64,000 bases of DNA from Camelus ferus (Eukaryota), in assembly GCF_009834535.1 (NCBI RefSeq), contig NC_045697.1, positions 17,796,001 to 17,860,000 on the forward strand. Reading direction: 5' to 3'. A model generated the notes under the pieces. That model searched no databases, was not told the DNA's origin, and saw only the letters and a program-made list of their open reading frames with translations. The translations under genes were made by a program, and so were the position numbers. Positions 39,160 through 53,149 of the stretch are shown one piece after another (position 1 is the first letter of the stretch; every line of letters starts with the position of its first letter).

Positions 39160-41821
39160 AGTAGGCTTTTAAGTCACTTTAAAAAATTCCTATATAAAAA
39201 GCAAGAAGCAGATTATTTATAAAGACCTCTTACAAGGTGATATGCTCATTTTTAAATGGTTTTAGTTGCGTACTATACGAAAGCTAGTATCTTTAAAATA
39301 ATTAGCATATTTGAAATCTTAAGAAATCTTACATTAAGCATCTCATAAAGTAAAAAATACATTTCAAATAGACTTTAATGTATTAAAAAATACAGAACAT
39401 TAAAATATTTCAGTACCAAAATAACATGTTCCAACAACTTGGAAACTAAAGAATCTTTTAAATAGCTGCTGGTTTTAAATTCACTCTTTTTCATTTGACA
39501 CTCCTCAAATTAAGACAACCTAAGAGTGTAACTTTATGCAAAGTAAGGTAATATGTTTCAATTAAGAGTGTAATAAATGATGTTCCTTTGCAAAACCCAA
39601 TCCTATTTGTGACTGAGGTCATCTCTAAACAGAAATCTCTTCATGCAATGAAGCTAAAACCATAGGATTTCTATGGTTTTGATAAAATTAATTTTTTTAA
39701 ATGCTCCCTCTACAATATAAAAATTTTGGAAGTAAAGCATCTTTATGCATTAAAAGTTCTTTCCCACAAAAATGTATTTCAAATATATATTATACAGTTT
39801 TATTATCTACTTACGCATAATTCATTCTTTTCATAGTACATGTGCATTAATATATTTTTAAACTACAAATAGGAATAACATTATTCTGCTTATCTGTCAG
39901 AAGTTTTCAGTTTACTTCCTTGAAGTTTTATGAATTAAAAACTCATTTTAGTATTTATTTTCATAAAACTCACAAATCAAGACAGAAAACTTCTCTCTTA
40001 CTTAATCAGATGTTGCTTTTAACAAAATAAGACCTTCTGGGATACACACAAGTATTTTCTTCATAAAAGGCATTTTCACATGCTGGTGTTCTAATGAAAG
40101 CATTCCTTAATAACAAACTTCCTTGAGAGTAAAGTATCATAATAAAAAAGTACTATTTTTTTTAAATCACCTATGAGTAGTTTTAAATATTCTGAGTTGA
40201 TCAATTTGTTAATATTTACAATGTGTATGAAGGTTTGTGATATAAGGTAAGGAGAAGTAGAAAAAATATTTTATATGTGAATCAAATTGTATTCTAACTT
40301 AGAAGCCAATTTAAGGTGTTTATCAATTTGAAGAAATGATACTTTTTTCTTTTTTAACATTTTCGCTAACTGATTTTTCCCCACAGTATTCTGTCCAATT
40401 AATTAACTAATAAAGACAATATATACATATATACATACCCATTCAGTCTAATAAAATTAAGTCTATAAAGGAATTAAACTTCTTATAAAGAAATCAAAAT
40501 GTATTTTTAAATTTAATAAAATCAGAAATTCAAACATATTACTAATAATTGAGCATCATTACCTTCCTAAAGTTCACTCTAATCAGACACATTCATTATA
40601 TGACACCACTAAGTAGTAGTAGATAAGAATTCTGACTGAAAAAATTTTTTTTTATTTTTTTCAAAGGAGATAATACATGTAAAACATACTTAACACTGTA
40701 CTAGGCATACTGTAAACATTCCCCAAAAGTTAGTCAAAATGGAACAAAAACAAAAATATCTTCAAGGATTAATAATCTAACTAATACAAATATCCACATA
40801 CTGTTTTTGGAAATGTGATTTATTCCCATGACATTAAAATTCTTCTAGATAGCAAAACCATCAATGAAGGAAGAATAAAGGTATTTATTTACTATTTCAA
40901 TATAAATTAAAAACTTGATTGGTAAGTACTGAATAAACAACTAAAGCATATGCAACATAATCTGAAAATAGAATTCAGACTTATGGATGGAGCAAGGTAA
41001 ATTTTCAAGACCATGGTTTTAAAATTGTCTCTTAATATCTACCTATAAAAGCTAACATGCATTCATTACTACCAAATTGTAACCCCATGAATTAAAACTA
41101 AAGTATAACTTGCTGCTACAAAGGTAGTCCAAAGTCAATATAGTTTTATAAATTATTAACATTTTTGTTCAGAATGTTAAAATGAAACAGCTGCTGTCAA
41201 AACTGGAAAAATGTATTACTATACCTAAGCCTATTATATTTTTAGAATAAAAATCTGTGGCCATCGTTTAGAACAGCAAACATTTCCTTTTTTTCTTTTG
41301 GCTTTTATTTTCTTAAATATTTGCATTTTTCCTCAAAATGTGTATTCCTAAGTGTATATCTGGGTTACTCTTCCAATTTAAGAAAATTCTAAGGGCAATA
41401 AATAATCCTAAAATTTTCTATTTAAAATCTGTTAATACTAATAGTTCCTGTGTATGAAAACTGCAGGATCAAAGAAGTGAAGACAGCAATAAAACAAGTA
41501 CATAAAGCCAACATTTAGCTCAGAAACTTCTATTAAATTATGAGGGAAAAGATGCTAGGTGTCCAGAAACAGAAAAAAGAGCAAGAAAACAGAGATGCTC
41601 TGCATTTACTCAGATGATAAAGGGATTTACACTTGGTACCAGGTGTTCTTCCTTCTTCTACATCAACTTTTTATTTTCCCAAGCCATTATGCTCTTTCCC
41701 CAACAGTCCGTTCACATAGCATTTACTGCCAAATGATACTTAGGCATCTTTGAGAATCAGCGTAAGTGTATGTTATTTAAAAGACTGATAAACACTTAGG
41801 ACAATATTCACAAATCATTTA

Positions 41822-42004
<183 letters not shown>

Positions 42005-42929
42005 TTAGTACAAAGTAAAATAAGGGGAGATCCTGGAACTCTAGGAGGCAGTGCTAGTCTACACAAGAACTCATTTTAAATATTTATTTTGGTCAATGAA
42101 CCCTCCTCTAATAGTAACGACCTGGCTTAATACTGGTATGACTCAAAGGCAGGTCAAAATACTGTGAAGGACACCTAGACCACAATTAGGACCACAAAGC
42201 TATTTAACACTTCGATGCGACAAGAAAGACTAATTTTGGGAAGTAGGGAAAACAAATGTTAAATAGATGCCTATAAAAATAACAACACAGTCACTGATGA
42301 CAAAAAGGATCACATAGTCCAGTTCAACTTCAGTCCATAGAAAAGTAAATTTAATCATTCTCTGGCAACAGTTGTTTTATTTTAAAGTTCGTTTTATTTC
42401 AGAGATGGACACAAATAATAATGATAATTCAAATCACAATTTAAAGAGATCACAATCATCAACTTAATGTTTTACCTCTAAAGAAAAACATAATGAATTT
42501 TAGCAGACCCATCTCCTAGCTTACAGGAACCTTCTATAATTTAAATATAAAAACTGTTTTGCACATAAAGTTATTACATAGTCACGTCTTCAGTCTTCCC
42601 AAATACCAGATCTAGCGGCAGGCTAGATTTGTGGATTTAAGAGCTATAAGGGATTTAGAAACCATTTAGTTCAACTCATTCATTTCAAAGATAAGGCAGT
42701 CATAGTTTAGGAAGATTAAGTGTCTTCCCCAAGGTCACACAGCAAGTTAAAGCAAAGTTACGAGCAAGTAGTTTTCTGTTTTAGAATCCGCATCAAGTTG
42801 TCTGCATTCTGTTTACAGAAATAGAAAACTTCGGCCACCATAAAATCATCAGTTCAAATATGCTGGGCTGCAGAAGACTAGCTTTCATATCTACATAGCT
42901 ATTAAAACAAACAATTATTATATTTAGTA

Positions 42930-43463
42930 TTCCAATTCTGAGTGTAAATTGAAAAGAATTTAAAGCAGGGACTCAAACAGGTCATCTGTACACCCATGTT
43001 CATAGCAGAATTGTTCACAATAGCCCAAAGGCAAAAAGCAACCCAAGTGCCCACCAGTGAATAAATGAATGAGTAAACAAAATGTGGGATACAGATACAA
43101 CAGGAATCTTAAAAAAGGAAAGAAATTCTGATACATGCTATGACATGGATGAACCTTACAGACATTCTGCTCAGTCACATAAGCCAGTCACAAAAAGGCA
43201 AATACTCTATAATTCCACCTACATGAAGGACCTACAGTAACTGGATTCATAGAAACGGAAGGTAGAATGGTGACTGCTGGGACCGGGGGTAGTGAGGAGG
43301 GGAGAGCTATTGTTTAACTGAGTTTCAGTTTACAAGGACAAAAAAGTTCTGGAGGGAGATGGTCGTGATGGTTCACAACAAGACGAATGTACTTGAGGAA
43401 CTATACATTTTAAAGTGGTTAAAATGTTAAGTTTTGTTATGTATATTTTACCACAATAAAAAG
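42930..43463 (+). mobile_element. L1MB-like 3' end in intron 4
   Basis: tgtacacccatgttcatagcag..catggatgaacctt..agccagtcacaaaa..ttaccacaataaaaa. Confidence 0.85.
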
Positions 43464-43499
43464 AGGGAACAGGAGCAGGTTTAGTTTCTTTTTCATTTA

Positions 43500-43760
<261 letters not shown>

Positions 43761-44061
43761 TTAGTTATTCCATTGAAAAACCAGCATCCTTCTTAAAGAA
43801 ATGATATATTTCTATCAAATAACAAGAGTTGTAGAATTAGTGCTTCTTCATCTGTACTGTGCTCAGAAAACTCACTGATAAATTCATTCTCCAGGCTTAT
43901 GGCTCTGATTTTCTGTCTTTTTCTAAAAGTTTCATATATGTATCTATACAAATATATATCTTTTCAAAAGCCATTTATATCCCTTTGGGAAAGAGGTATT
44001 AATAACAGAAATTAGGCAAAGGTTGCGTGGCTGGTCAGCCAAAAGTATTATGATTAACTCA

Positions 44062-44322
<261 letters not shown>

Positions 44323-44351
44323 CTAAATTGAAACAAATTCATCGACTGTGA

Positions 44352-44892
44352 TGTAGTAGCTAGTCTCCAAAGGTGGCCACCATCAATCCCTTTTCTCCCT
44401 ATGCCTATATGCCACTGCCACACTAAGAGATGTTGTGAAATTCCTCTCCTCTTGAACCTAGGCTGGCCTTAGTGACTTGCTTGGCCAGGAAGAATCTAAC
44501 CTAAGTGACGGTCTGGAACTCGTAAGCTAGGTCATAAGAAGCCTTAAAGCATCTACCTGGCCTCTTGAAGGGTTTGCTCAGGGTGGGGGTGGGTGGGGTG
44601 CGGTGGGTTGTGTTCCTCCCTTCAAATCCAGTTGCCATCCTGGTGGAATCCCAAGCCACTTGGAGAGGTCATCTGAGCTCCCAGCCATCTAAGTGACTCA
44701 ACTTGGATAAAGTGCCCAGTTGAACCTTCAGATAACTAAACTCTCAGCCGACACCTGACTGCACATGAGAATGAAGCAATCACCCGCTGAGTCCAGGTAA
44801 CCCACAGAACTATGAGAGAGAACAATGAAGATTGTTTTAAGCCACTAAGTTTTGAGGTGGTTTGTTATGCAGCTATAGAAAACCAGAATATA
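44352..44892 (+). mobile_element. MaLR LTR (MLT1F/G/H-like) in intron 2
   Basis: ggctggccttagtgacttgcttggcca and a 3' ttttaagccactaagttttgaggtggtttgttatgcagc end. Confidence 0.8.
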
Positions 44893-45560
44893 TGCAACAT
44901 TATATTCTTTCTTTCCACTTCCCTAACCAGAGCAGTGAGCTAAGTCCCAACAACATGAGGTCATGTTTCAAATACTGCCTTAATTTTAAGAGAACTACAT
45001 GCTCCTTGAAAATTATGTGCAAATCCACTCATCTTAAATTTGATCATGTTATACACTACTTAAAGATACCTCTACATACACTTCAAAATCAAAAGCTTCT
45101 CTCTTTATAGTTGAATAGATCAGAAATTCTGCACACTGGAATTACCACAGAACACTAGTGTCATACTCCATTACCACTGAAACATCACGTACAAAGCATT
45201 TTTTACATGTATTATCAACCATGTTATCAGCTCATTTATAACCATGAAATTTTTATCCAAGTCATACACTCATTATTAGTTTTGACTGCAATGGTTTTGG
45301 TTGAAATAAAATTCTACTATACCTAGGAAAATTTCATCATGGTTTAAAATCATGGAATACAGGAGTTTTAAAAAGTTCACCTATATTTCACAGAAAGTTT
45401 GAAGAACAGAGAAATGATTATATTAGGAACTACTACTAATTAAATGGTTCTCAGAATTGATGAAAAGCTTTCTGAAATAATGCAAAAGAAAAAAGTGACT
45501 TCATAATCTAAAATTAAATATACTTTTCCTACATCTATTATAACAAAGCAAGATACTTAT

Positions 45561-45779
45561 TTTTTTAAACATTTTTTATTGATTTATAATCATTTTACAA
45601 TGTTGTGTCAAATTCCAGTGTACAGCACAATTTTTCAGTTATACATGAACATATATATATTCATTGCCACATTTTTTTCTCTGTGAGCTATCATAAGATC
45701 TTGTGTATATTTCCCTGTGCCATACAGTATAATCTTGTTTATCTATTCTACAATTTTGAAATCCCGTCTATCCCTTCCC
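45561..45779 (-). mobile_element. Young 5'-truncated L1 3' end with TSD in intron 2
   Basis: tttattgatttataatcattttacaatgttgtgtcaaattccagtgtacagc..; 14 bp TSD agcaaga(t/c)acttat at 45547-45560 and 45780-45793. Confidence 0.85.
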
Positions 45780-46251
45780 AGCAAGACACTTATAAAATGC
45801 GACTCAGTTCAGATGCAGATGAACAATGTTGTAAAGGTCTATCCACATATCATTCTCTAAAAAAACTTACAGTATTAGGAAAAAAACATGGAAAACTATA
45901 AACAACCTTAAAAATCCTTTAAACTCATACAACCAAATAGGTTTATTAGGTTAAACATTCTTAACAGAATATATAGCCAGTATAAATATTCTTAACAGAA
46001 CACAATAGCCAGTATTGTAAACCACCCAGAACCTGACAGGGTAACCACCACATACTAGAACTTTTACCCTATCATCTTGAAAAGCACCTGGTCAGACTGT
46101 TTCCATCTTCCTATTGCATCTAGCTTACATGCCCATCTGAATAAGAAGTAGGTTACAATACAAATGGGCTTTTTATAATTTAACATGATTAATACTGCTA
46201 CCATTGTTTTTAACATTAAAAAAAAGGGAACATGAAAATGTTTTCTACCTA

Positions 46252-46542
<291 letters not shown>

Positions 46543-47176
46543 TCAGACATAAATTCAGCACTATGAAGAAACTCTTAGTAGGCAAAATGTTTGTTACACT
46601 GTATTACATTTATCTACAGCTGCTGCAGTAAGTGATAATAAATGCATACAATGAGATTTACAGTTAAAGGTTAAAGTGCAGTAAAAGTAACTGAAAACAA
46701 ATAAACCCTATCTTCAAAGAGGATTCTTCAAACCAGGGTGTTAGTAGCAGGGCTATCAAACTTTAGTGACATTAAAATTCAGGACACTGGCATGTACCAG
46801 ACTCCTGAAGTTTCGCGACAACACTTAGTTCCAGTTAGTATATCGTAGTTTACAGACATTATGTGTTCCTTAAGTCTTTGGGAGCAGTGAAAGATGGAAG
46901 ATGCGAACTTTGCCCTATAAGCAAACAAAAAAATAAACCAAGAGAGCCCTCCCCCTTGCTTCCGCTTCCCCAAGTTAGAAAAAAATAGGACTCAAAATCC
47001 TAACACCCCTCTCCCCGCAACACATCCCCTAGTAAGACTCTGGGTTTCGCCGGCAGTGGTGAGGCTGAGAGGAACCGAGCGCAGCAAGCCTGCATATGGC
47101 AAGCCAAGATGCGACAGACTCTGGGAACAGGGCTCAACCAGCAAATACAAGCGGGTGAAGCAGCACTTTGGCACTA

Positions 47177-47635
<459 letters not shown>

Positions 47636-48252
47636 TTAAACCCCAGTGTGCCTGAGACCTACTTGAAGGACTTTGCACCTGTGCGGAGGGGCTGAGGTGA
47701 GTCAGGGGCAAGTGCGTGGGCTTCTCGGAAGAAAGACCTTCCCAAGTTATAATGTGTTCCACTCCTGCCGAACAGTGAGATCTGCGTAGTGTCTGTGCTT
47801 CAGCCTTACTCAGACCGTGTTTCTCAGATTCCTGAACCTTCATACATCTCCTGCTGCAAGAGCTGATTTACAGTTGACTGGCAACCCCGTGTGAAGTAGC
47901 GATGCCCCACTCCTTTTCTCCTTTGCACCACGGAATTTTTGGCCATAAAACTTATCACCCGCCTCCTAATATGACAGGGTTTTGTTTATACAAACACTCA
48001 CACACTTATGAATGTAAAACTCTAAAAGTCAGAGCCATGGTTTTTGCTGCCCTGTGCCTAGAAAAGTGCCCAGAATATAGTAAGGACTTAAAATTTTCTT
48101 TGGATATTGAATTAATGAATTGTCTTTACCATTCAGCAACCTAGCACTAAGTGCCTGAGATGAAGAAATGAAAAGGCAGAATCCCTGCTTTTGACTTCCT
48201 TGCAGTCTTCAGCTTAGGTGAGCCTACAGTGATTCCTGACATCACTCTTACC

Positions 48253-48692
48253 CAATGGAGTGCTAGAGCCCACTTGCACTGGTTCATACTTGCTGTGAGA
48301 GCTGATTGTTAAATACTCAGTAGTTTTTTGTGAGCTGGTTTTTAAAATACAGCTCTTCTTTAAAATAAATTATGTAAATTTACAATGAAGTCAGTTACAT
48401 TAAAAGCAAAAGTAATAGATACTCCAACTTATTTCCTAATTATTTTACTATTATCTCTGCTTTTGAGATTGTCTACTTCTATTGTATCTTTATGATGGAA
48501 AGAAGATATAATGATGTCCTACTGCACATCTCTTTCCAATTCCCTTTTTCATGGCATTATGTTTGTAGCTTGAAACTGGCCATAGTGGGAGTATTTACAC
48601 CATGGAAATTAGCCAACTCTACAAATCAGGCCCCAGCCTCCCCCCTGCCATCCCACTTACGACTCAATTGCTTAACATATACTCACCACTGT
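48253..48692. mobile_element. hAT DNA transposon (MER63/Blackjack-like)
   Basis: Ends caatggagtg..tcaccactg are imperfect inverted repeats; internal gagagctgattgttaaa..gagctggtt motif. Confidence 0.6.
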
Positions 48693-48857
48693 TCCTATTG
48701 CATGTTCCCAGGGCATCCTGCCATTTATCAGCCATGACACTTGTCACAAGTGATTAACTTTCTGTCTTCCTCAACTAGACTATGAGCTCCTGGTTGACAA
48801 GGGCTATATTTGATAACTGTGTTCAAAGCACAGCACTAAACAATATGTAATAGATGC

Positions 48858-51800
48858 TCAACAGCTTCCCCTTGCCAACAGCCTCCAATCAAGCACACCT
48901 GAACCTTTCCCCTTTTTTACCATAAAGCTTTTCCTCTCCCCTGCCTGCCTTTGAATCTGCCAAATGCAAGTGATTGTGACTAACTCTCTTACACTGGTAA
49001 GCTCTGAATAGTCTCTATTTGTTACTTGGATGGTCTTCATTCATTTTCACAGTTTTCCTGGAGGCTCCATGGAGACAGGATCTGCACTATCCATCACTGC
49101 CAGCCTTCAGCCAGATGAGGTACTCACACAGGCCCTGGTGCCTTGATGCCTGTGGCTGTCAAGTCTGTGCCAACATGGTAAGTAATTACTGAGTCTAAAC
49201 CCCACTACCTTTATGTTGAATTCTTCAGCTGTTTATGTTTGGTACCCAGGTTTTGTTGTTGGTTCTCATTTGTTTGATATCCTTGTTGGAATCAGACCAT
49301 TCCTTTTCACGTTTTTGGCTCTCTTTTGTACTTCTGTATTGTATTGTGCTGTCTGGAAGTATTATTTGTCATAAGAAGAAGAATCATAGGGTAGAACACA
49401 GGCATGGGGCCTATAAGCCTGCTGTCTGAGCCAGCCTTGCAGACCAATGCGTTTGCAGTTCTTACAAGACCAGCATCCATTTGGACAAACTTTGTTGTGT
49501 CACCAATAAAACTGGATGAGGTTCTCCATTCATCTTGACTTTTTGTCCTGAGAGCTTGCCTTTGATCTAGAGGGAATTCACTCTAATTTTACACCTGCCA
49601 AGTGGCACAGATTGTTGGGTCTGTGTTCAGAGTGGTCTTGAAACACAAAGAGAACAAACATCACTTTCAACCAACCATTGCCAGCTCTCCTGGGGTTGTC
49701 TAAGCCTAAAACTTCTTCCTCTCCAGGAAAAATAGCTGCTTCACTATGTGTATTCTCATTACAATCCTAATTCTGGTGGCTGGCTCCCTAAATGGCATAA
49801 CTTCAGCAATGAGGATTTGGGCCCTCAGTGGCCACTCTGGGGAACATTTGCCTTGAATATATTTTTTATTTGATAGGCACCTTTGAAAAGAAAGGGAATG
49901 AAGATTTCTGAGGCCAAATGGGCAGCTGTGTTTGACTGGTATGCAGAGGCCTCCAAAGGAAATTCTGGTTCAAAAATTATTTCAGTAAAAGATTCTTTGG
50001 CCAAAGCCAATGAGCAACATAAGAAACTTAAGCAACGACAAACTAGATTCCTTTCCTAGTAAGTCCTCCCCATCCTTGTGCTCCAGTTGCTCCCCCAATA
50101 TCCAGAAGTCCCTCTTCCTCCTTAACCTTCTGATCTTGTCAACTCTTCCCTTCTCTTCCTCATGTCCAGGCTCCCTACCTATTCCCAACAACTTTCCTAA
50201 GACTACAAAATGCCGGTTCCCTCTAAAGATCTAGCCCTCTTTTGAGCCAGATCTACGGGCAACTATACAATTTAAACTTTGGACCTAAGATGAATTAAGA
50301 GCTGTAATTAAGAATCTCCCTACTCCCATACAAGACCAGCAACTGTTCTTAGAAGGCTTTTAAATTCTTTCAAGTGTATGTGATTCAGGATTATCTAACC
50401 TATATCAACTTGTACATGTGTTGGTCAGAATCTCAGCTAAACCCTGGATGGCAAAGCTGATTGGACTGACCCAGAAAGGGGGCTACAGGATCTCTCTTTC
50501 CATAATAAACCTGTCCAAAAAAGGACCCAAAGAAAAAGATTTGAAAAGCAGGGCAAAGTGTCTTAAAAGTAGTATCCCCAAACATTTCTAATAAAGTTAT
50601 TGGACCATAATTGAATCATACAAACAGAAAATGATAAAAATATAGAGAGTTTCATGATCTGCTAGGAAATACCTTCTGACAACATTTGGGAATTAAAGAA
50701 GGTGCCTTTCATCTCATTTTGTCAATGGAGTAAAATGTGTAACTGGAAGCCTAATTCAAAAGTGGAGTAGTCATTAAAATGGGAATTAGACCCTCTGCCT
50801 GAACTAAAACACCTATTAGAACAGTCTGAACGGGCTTTAAGTAAAAATGAGACAGAATCCAAGATAAACTATGATCTTGCAGACTCAACAGCCAGGTGGC
50901 CCTCTTCCCAGCAACTAATTTTGACAAGGTAGATATTGTAAACAAAAAGGACGCCATAAAAAAGAATATCCCATCTTATTAAAAAAACAAAAACAAAAAC
51001 AGAAAACCAAGACAAAGAAAATCCTTCAATTCTGATTAACAGAGGTATTCTGAAAAAGGAAAACACTTTCAATATCATGACTTACCCTTAAATACTCAAG
51101 TTGAATAAATACAGATGGTCAGTGTAATCGATTCTCAGGAGATAGGGATGTTACCCTTATTACATTAAACCCCATCATCTTTGCTCAACCTCTTCCTCAG
51201 AGTAAGCATATACACAAGTGTCAGTCCTTTCAAACAACCCACAGATTTTTCCTATCTCCTAGCCCTTAACTGTTAACATGAGCCCTTAATAAAAAACCAT
51301 TCCGTCCTGCTCTGTGATACCACCCCTGCAAATTTAATAGGGGGAGACTTACTTTGCAAATAGAATTCTAATATTAAATACACAACAGAATGACTATTTT
51401 TTTTAAAGTTCCAGAGGACTCTTCTATTCATAATCAAGTTGTGTCTGTTCTGGATATACCTTTGCCTTCTCCATTATATTTGATGCATACCCCAGATAAA
51501 GGTCTTGACATCATCCATGACATTCTATGACCTTAAATGTCCACTGACATAGAAAATCTAATCAGAACAGTAAATAGATCCTACCAAACTATTACCCAAA
51601 CACCCCCAATATCCCTTGAAGCCAGAGGCAAAGGAGTGGTTCAAAGCTATAACTGAATGCCTTATATCCAAAGGTCTTCTCACATTCTGGACTAGCCTTT
51701 GTAAGACTCTGGTCTTGCCAGTAAAGAAACCAAATAGATAAGGATAGCAATGTTTTCAAGACCTCAGGACAATGAACAAAATTTTTGTCCTTCACTTCTC

Positions 51801-53130
51801 ATTGGTACCTAACCCAAATACCATCTTGGCATCAATTCTTCCTGAAGCTACTTGCTTCACTGTAGTGAACCTTTGCTCTGTGTTTTTTGATGTGCCTCTA
51901 GCCCATATCTAAGGCAGTCAGTACCTTTTAGCCTTCACTTGAGGAGGATAACAGTACACCTGGACAGTCATGCCCCAGGGGTTCAGTGAAGCCCTCTCCT
52001 CTTTTTCTCAGTTCCTGAAACAAGTCTTAACAGATCTAAATTTCCCTTGTAATTGAGTTCTGATACAATGTGTAGATGGTGTCCTAGTTTAGTTAAAGCA
52101 TAAGAAAGCTTGTAAAGAGGATTCCATTTACTTGCTCTCAGCTTTAGAAGAAAAGGGACGTGAGGTTTCATCAGATAAACTGCAGTTTTTCCGAAGCACA
52201 GCCCATTATTTAGGTCATGGAATATCTAAGGAGGGAAAAGTGCTACCTCTTGACAGGCTGAAGACTATCCAGACTTAATTAGACCTCTCACCACATAATA
52301 GGATTTCTAGGTTTAACTGGATATTGCAAACAAATTTTTCTAGGATTGCAGAGCCTCTTTATGAGTTGACTAAGTTCCCAGTAAGAGATCGTCTCTTCTA
52401 GGAACCCAAATATGGAACAGACCCTCTATAACCTGAAGAAAGTTCTTCAGTAGCTTCATTAACTGGGCATTCCTAACTACAAAAACGTCTTTGGTCTATA
52501 TGTGCATATGTGATCTGGACAAGCCATTGGAGTTTTAACTCAGCGGCATGGGAACCATCAAATACCTATTGCTTACTATAGCCATACCCTCAGCCTGGTT
52601 GCAAAGGTGTATCCCCATGTCTTATAGCAATAGTTGCTGGAAAGAAAGAAAGAAAGAGAGAGGGAGAGAAAGAAAGAAATTAAGAAAGAAAGAAAGAAAA
52701 GAAAGAGAGGAAGGAAGGAAGAAAGAAAGGAAGAGAAGAAAAACGTTGATGCTTCTATTGAACTAGTTTTAGTCTCCCTACTTGACCTTGACCTTTGGTT
52801 CCTCATACAGGACAGACATTACTGCTGGCTGAGAACATGTAACACTTTTCAGCCAGCTGATTAAGTGCCTATGATATTGTTACTCTTATACTCTCACATT
52901 ACTTTCTGTTCACCACTGCAGCACTGAATCTTGTCACTCTAGCAGAGGAAGGTGAACCTCAGGATTGTCTTACCTTTGCTAGGGAACATTCTGTACCTCT
53001 TCCAAGTGTATTAGAAAGTCACATTGAGAACTGTAATCTAATATAATTTGTTGATAGCTCATATCACAAAACTGAAACTGGAGGTTATCAAGCAGGATAT
53101 ACTATCACTAATTTAAACTCTCTTTTGGAA
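48858..53130 (+). mobile_element. Decayed ERV1 (gammaretrovirus-like) provirus: partial 5' LTR, PBS, gag and pol remnants
   Basis: LTR-like end ..ttcaca 49051; PBS-like tggaggctccatggagac 49059-49076; gag-like QWPLWGTF near 49825; RT SQYLLAFT*GG*QYTWTVMPQGFSEA near 51916-51993; YxDD decayed to CVDG 52069-52080; GFLGLTGYC near 52301; RNase H-like FVDSSY near 53047. Confidence 0.85.
52641..52743. repeat. Purine-rich (GAAA/GGAA/GA)n microsatellite
   Basis: About 100 bp of almost pure A/G sequence. Confidence 0.95.
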
Positions 53131-53149
53131 TATAGATATTCTTCTCCAA

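Noticed and set aside
52548..52864. Lys/Arg/Glu-rich and Phe/Ser/Leu-rich ORFs
   Set aside because: Translations of the purine microsatellite
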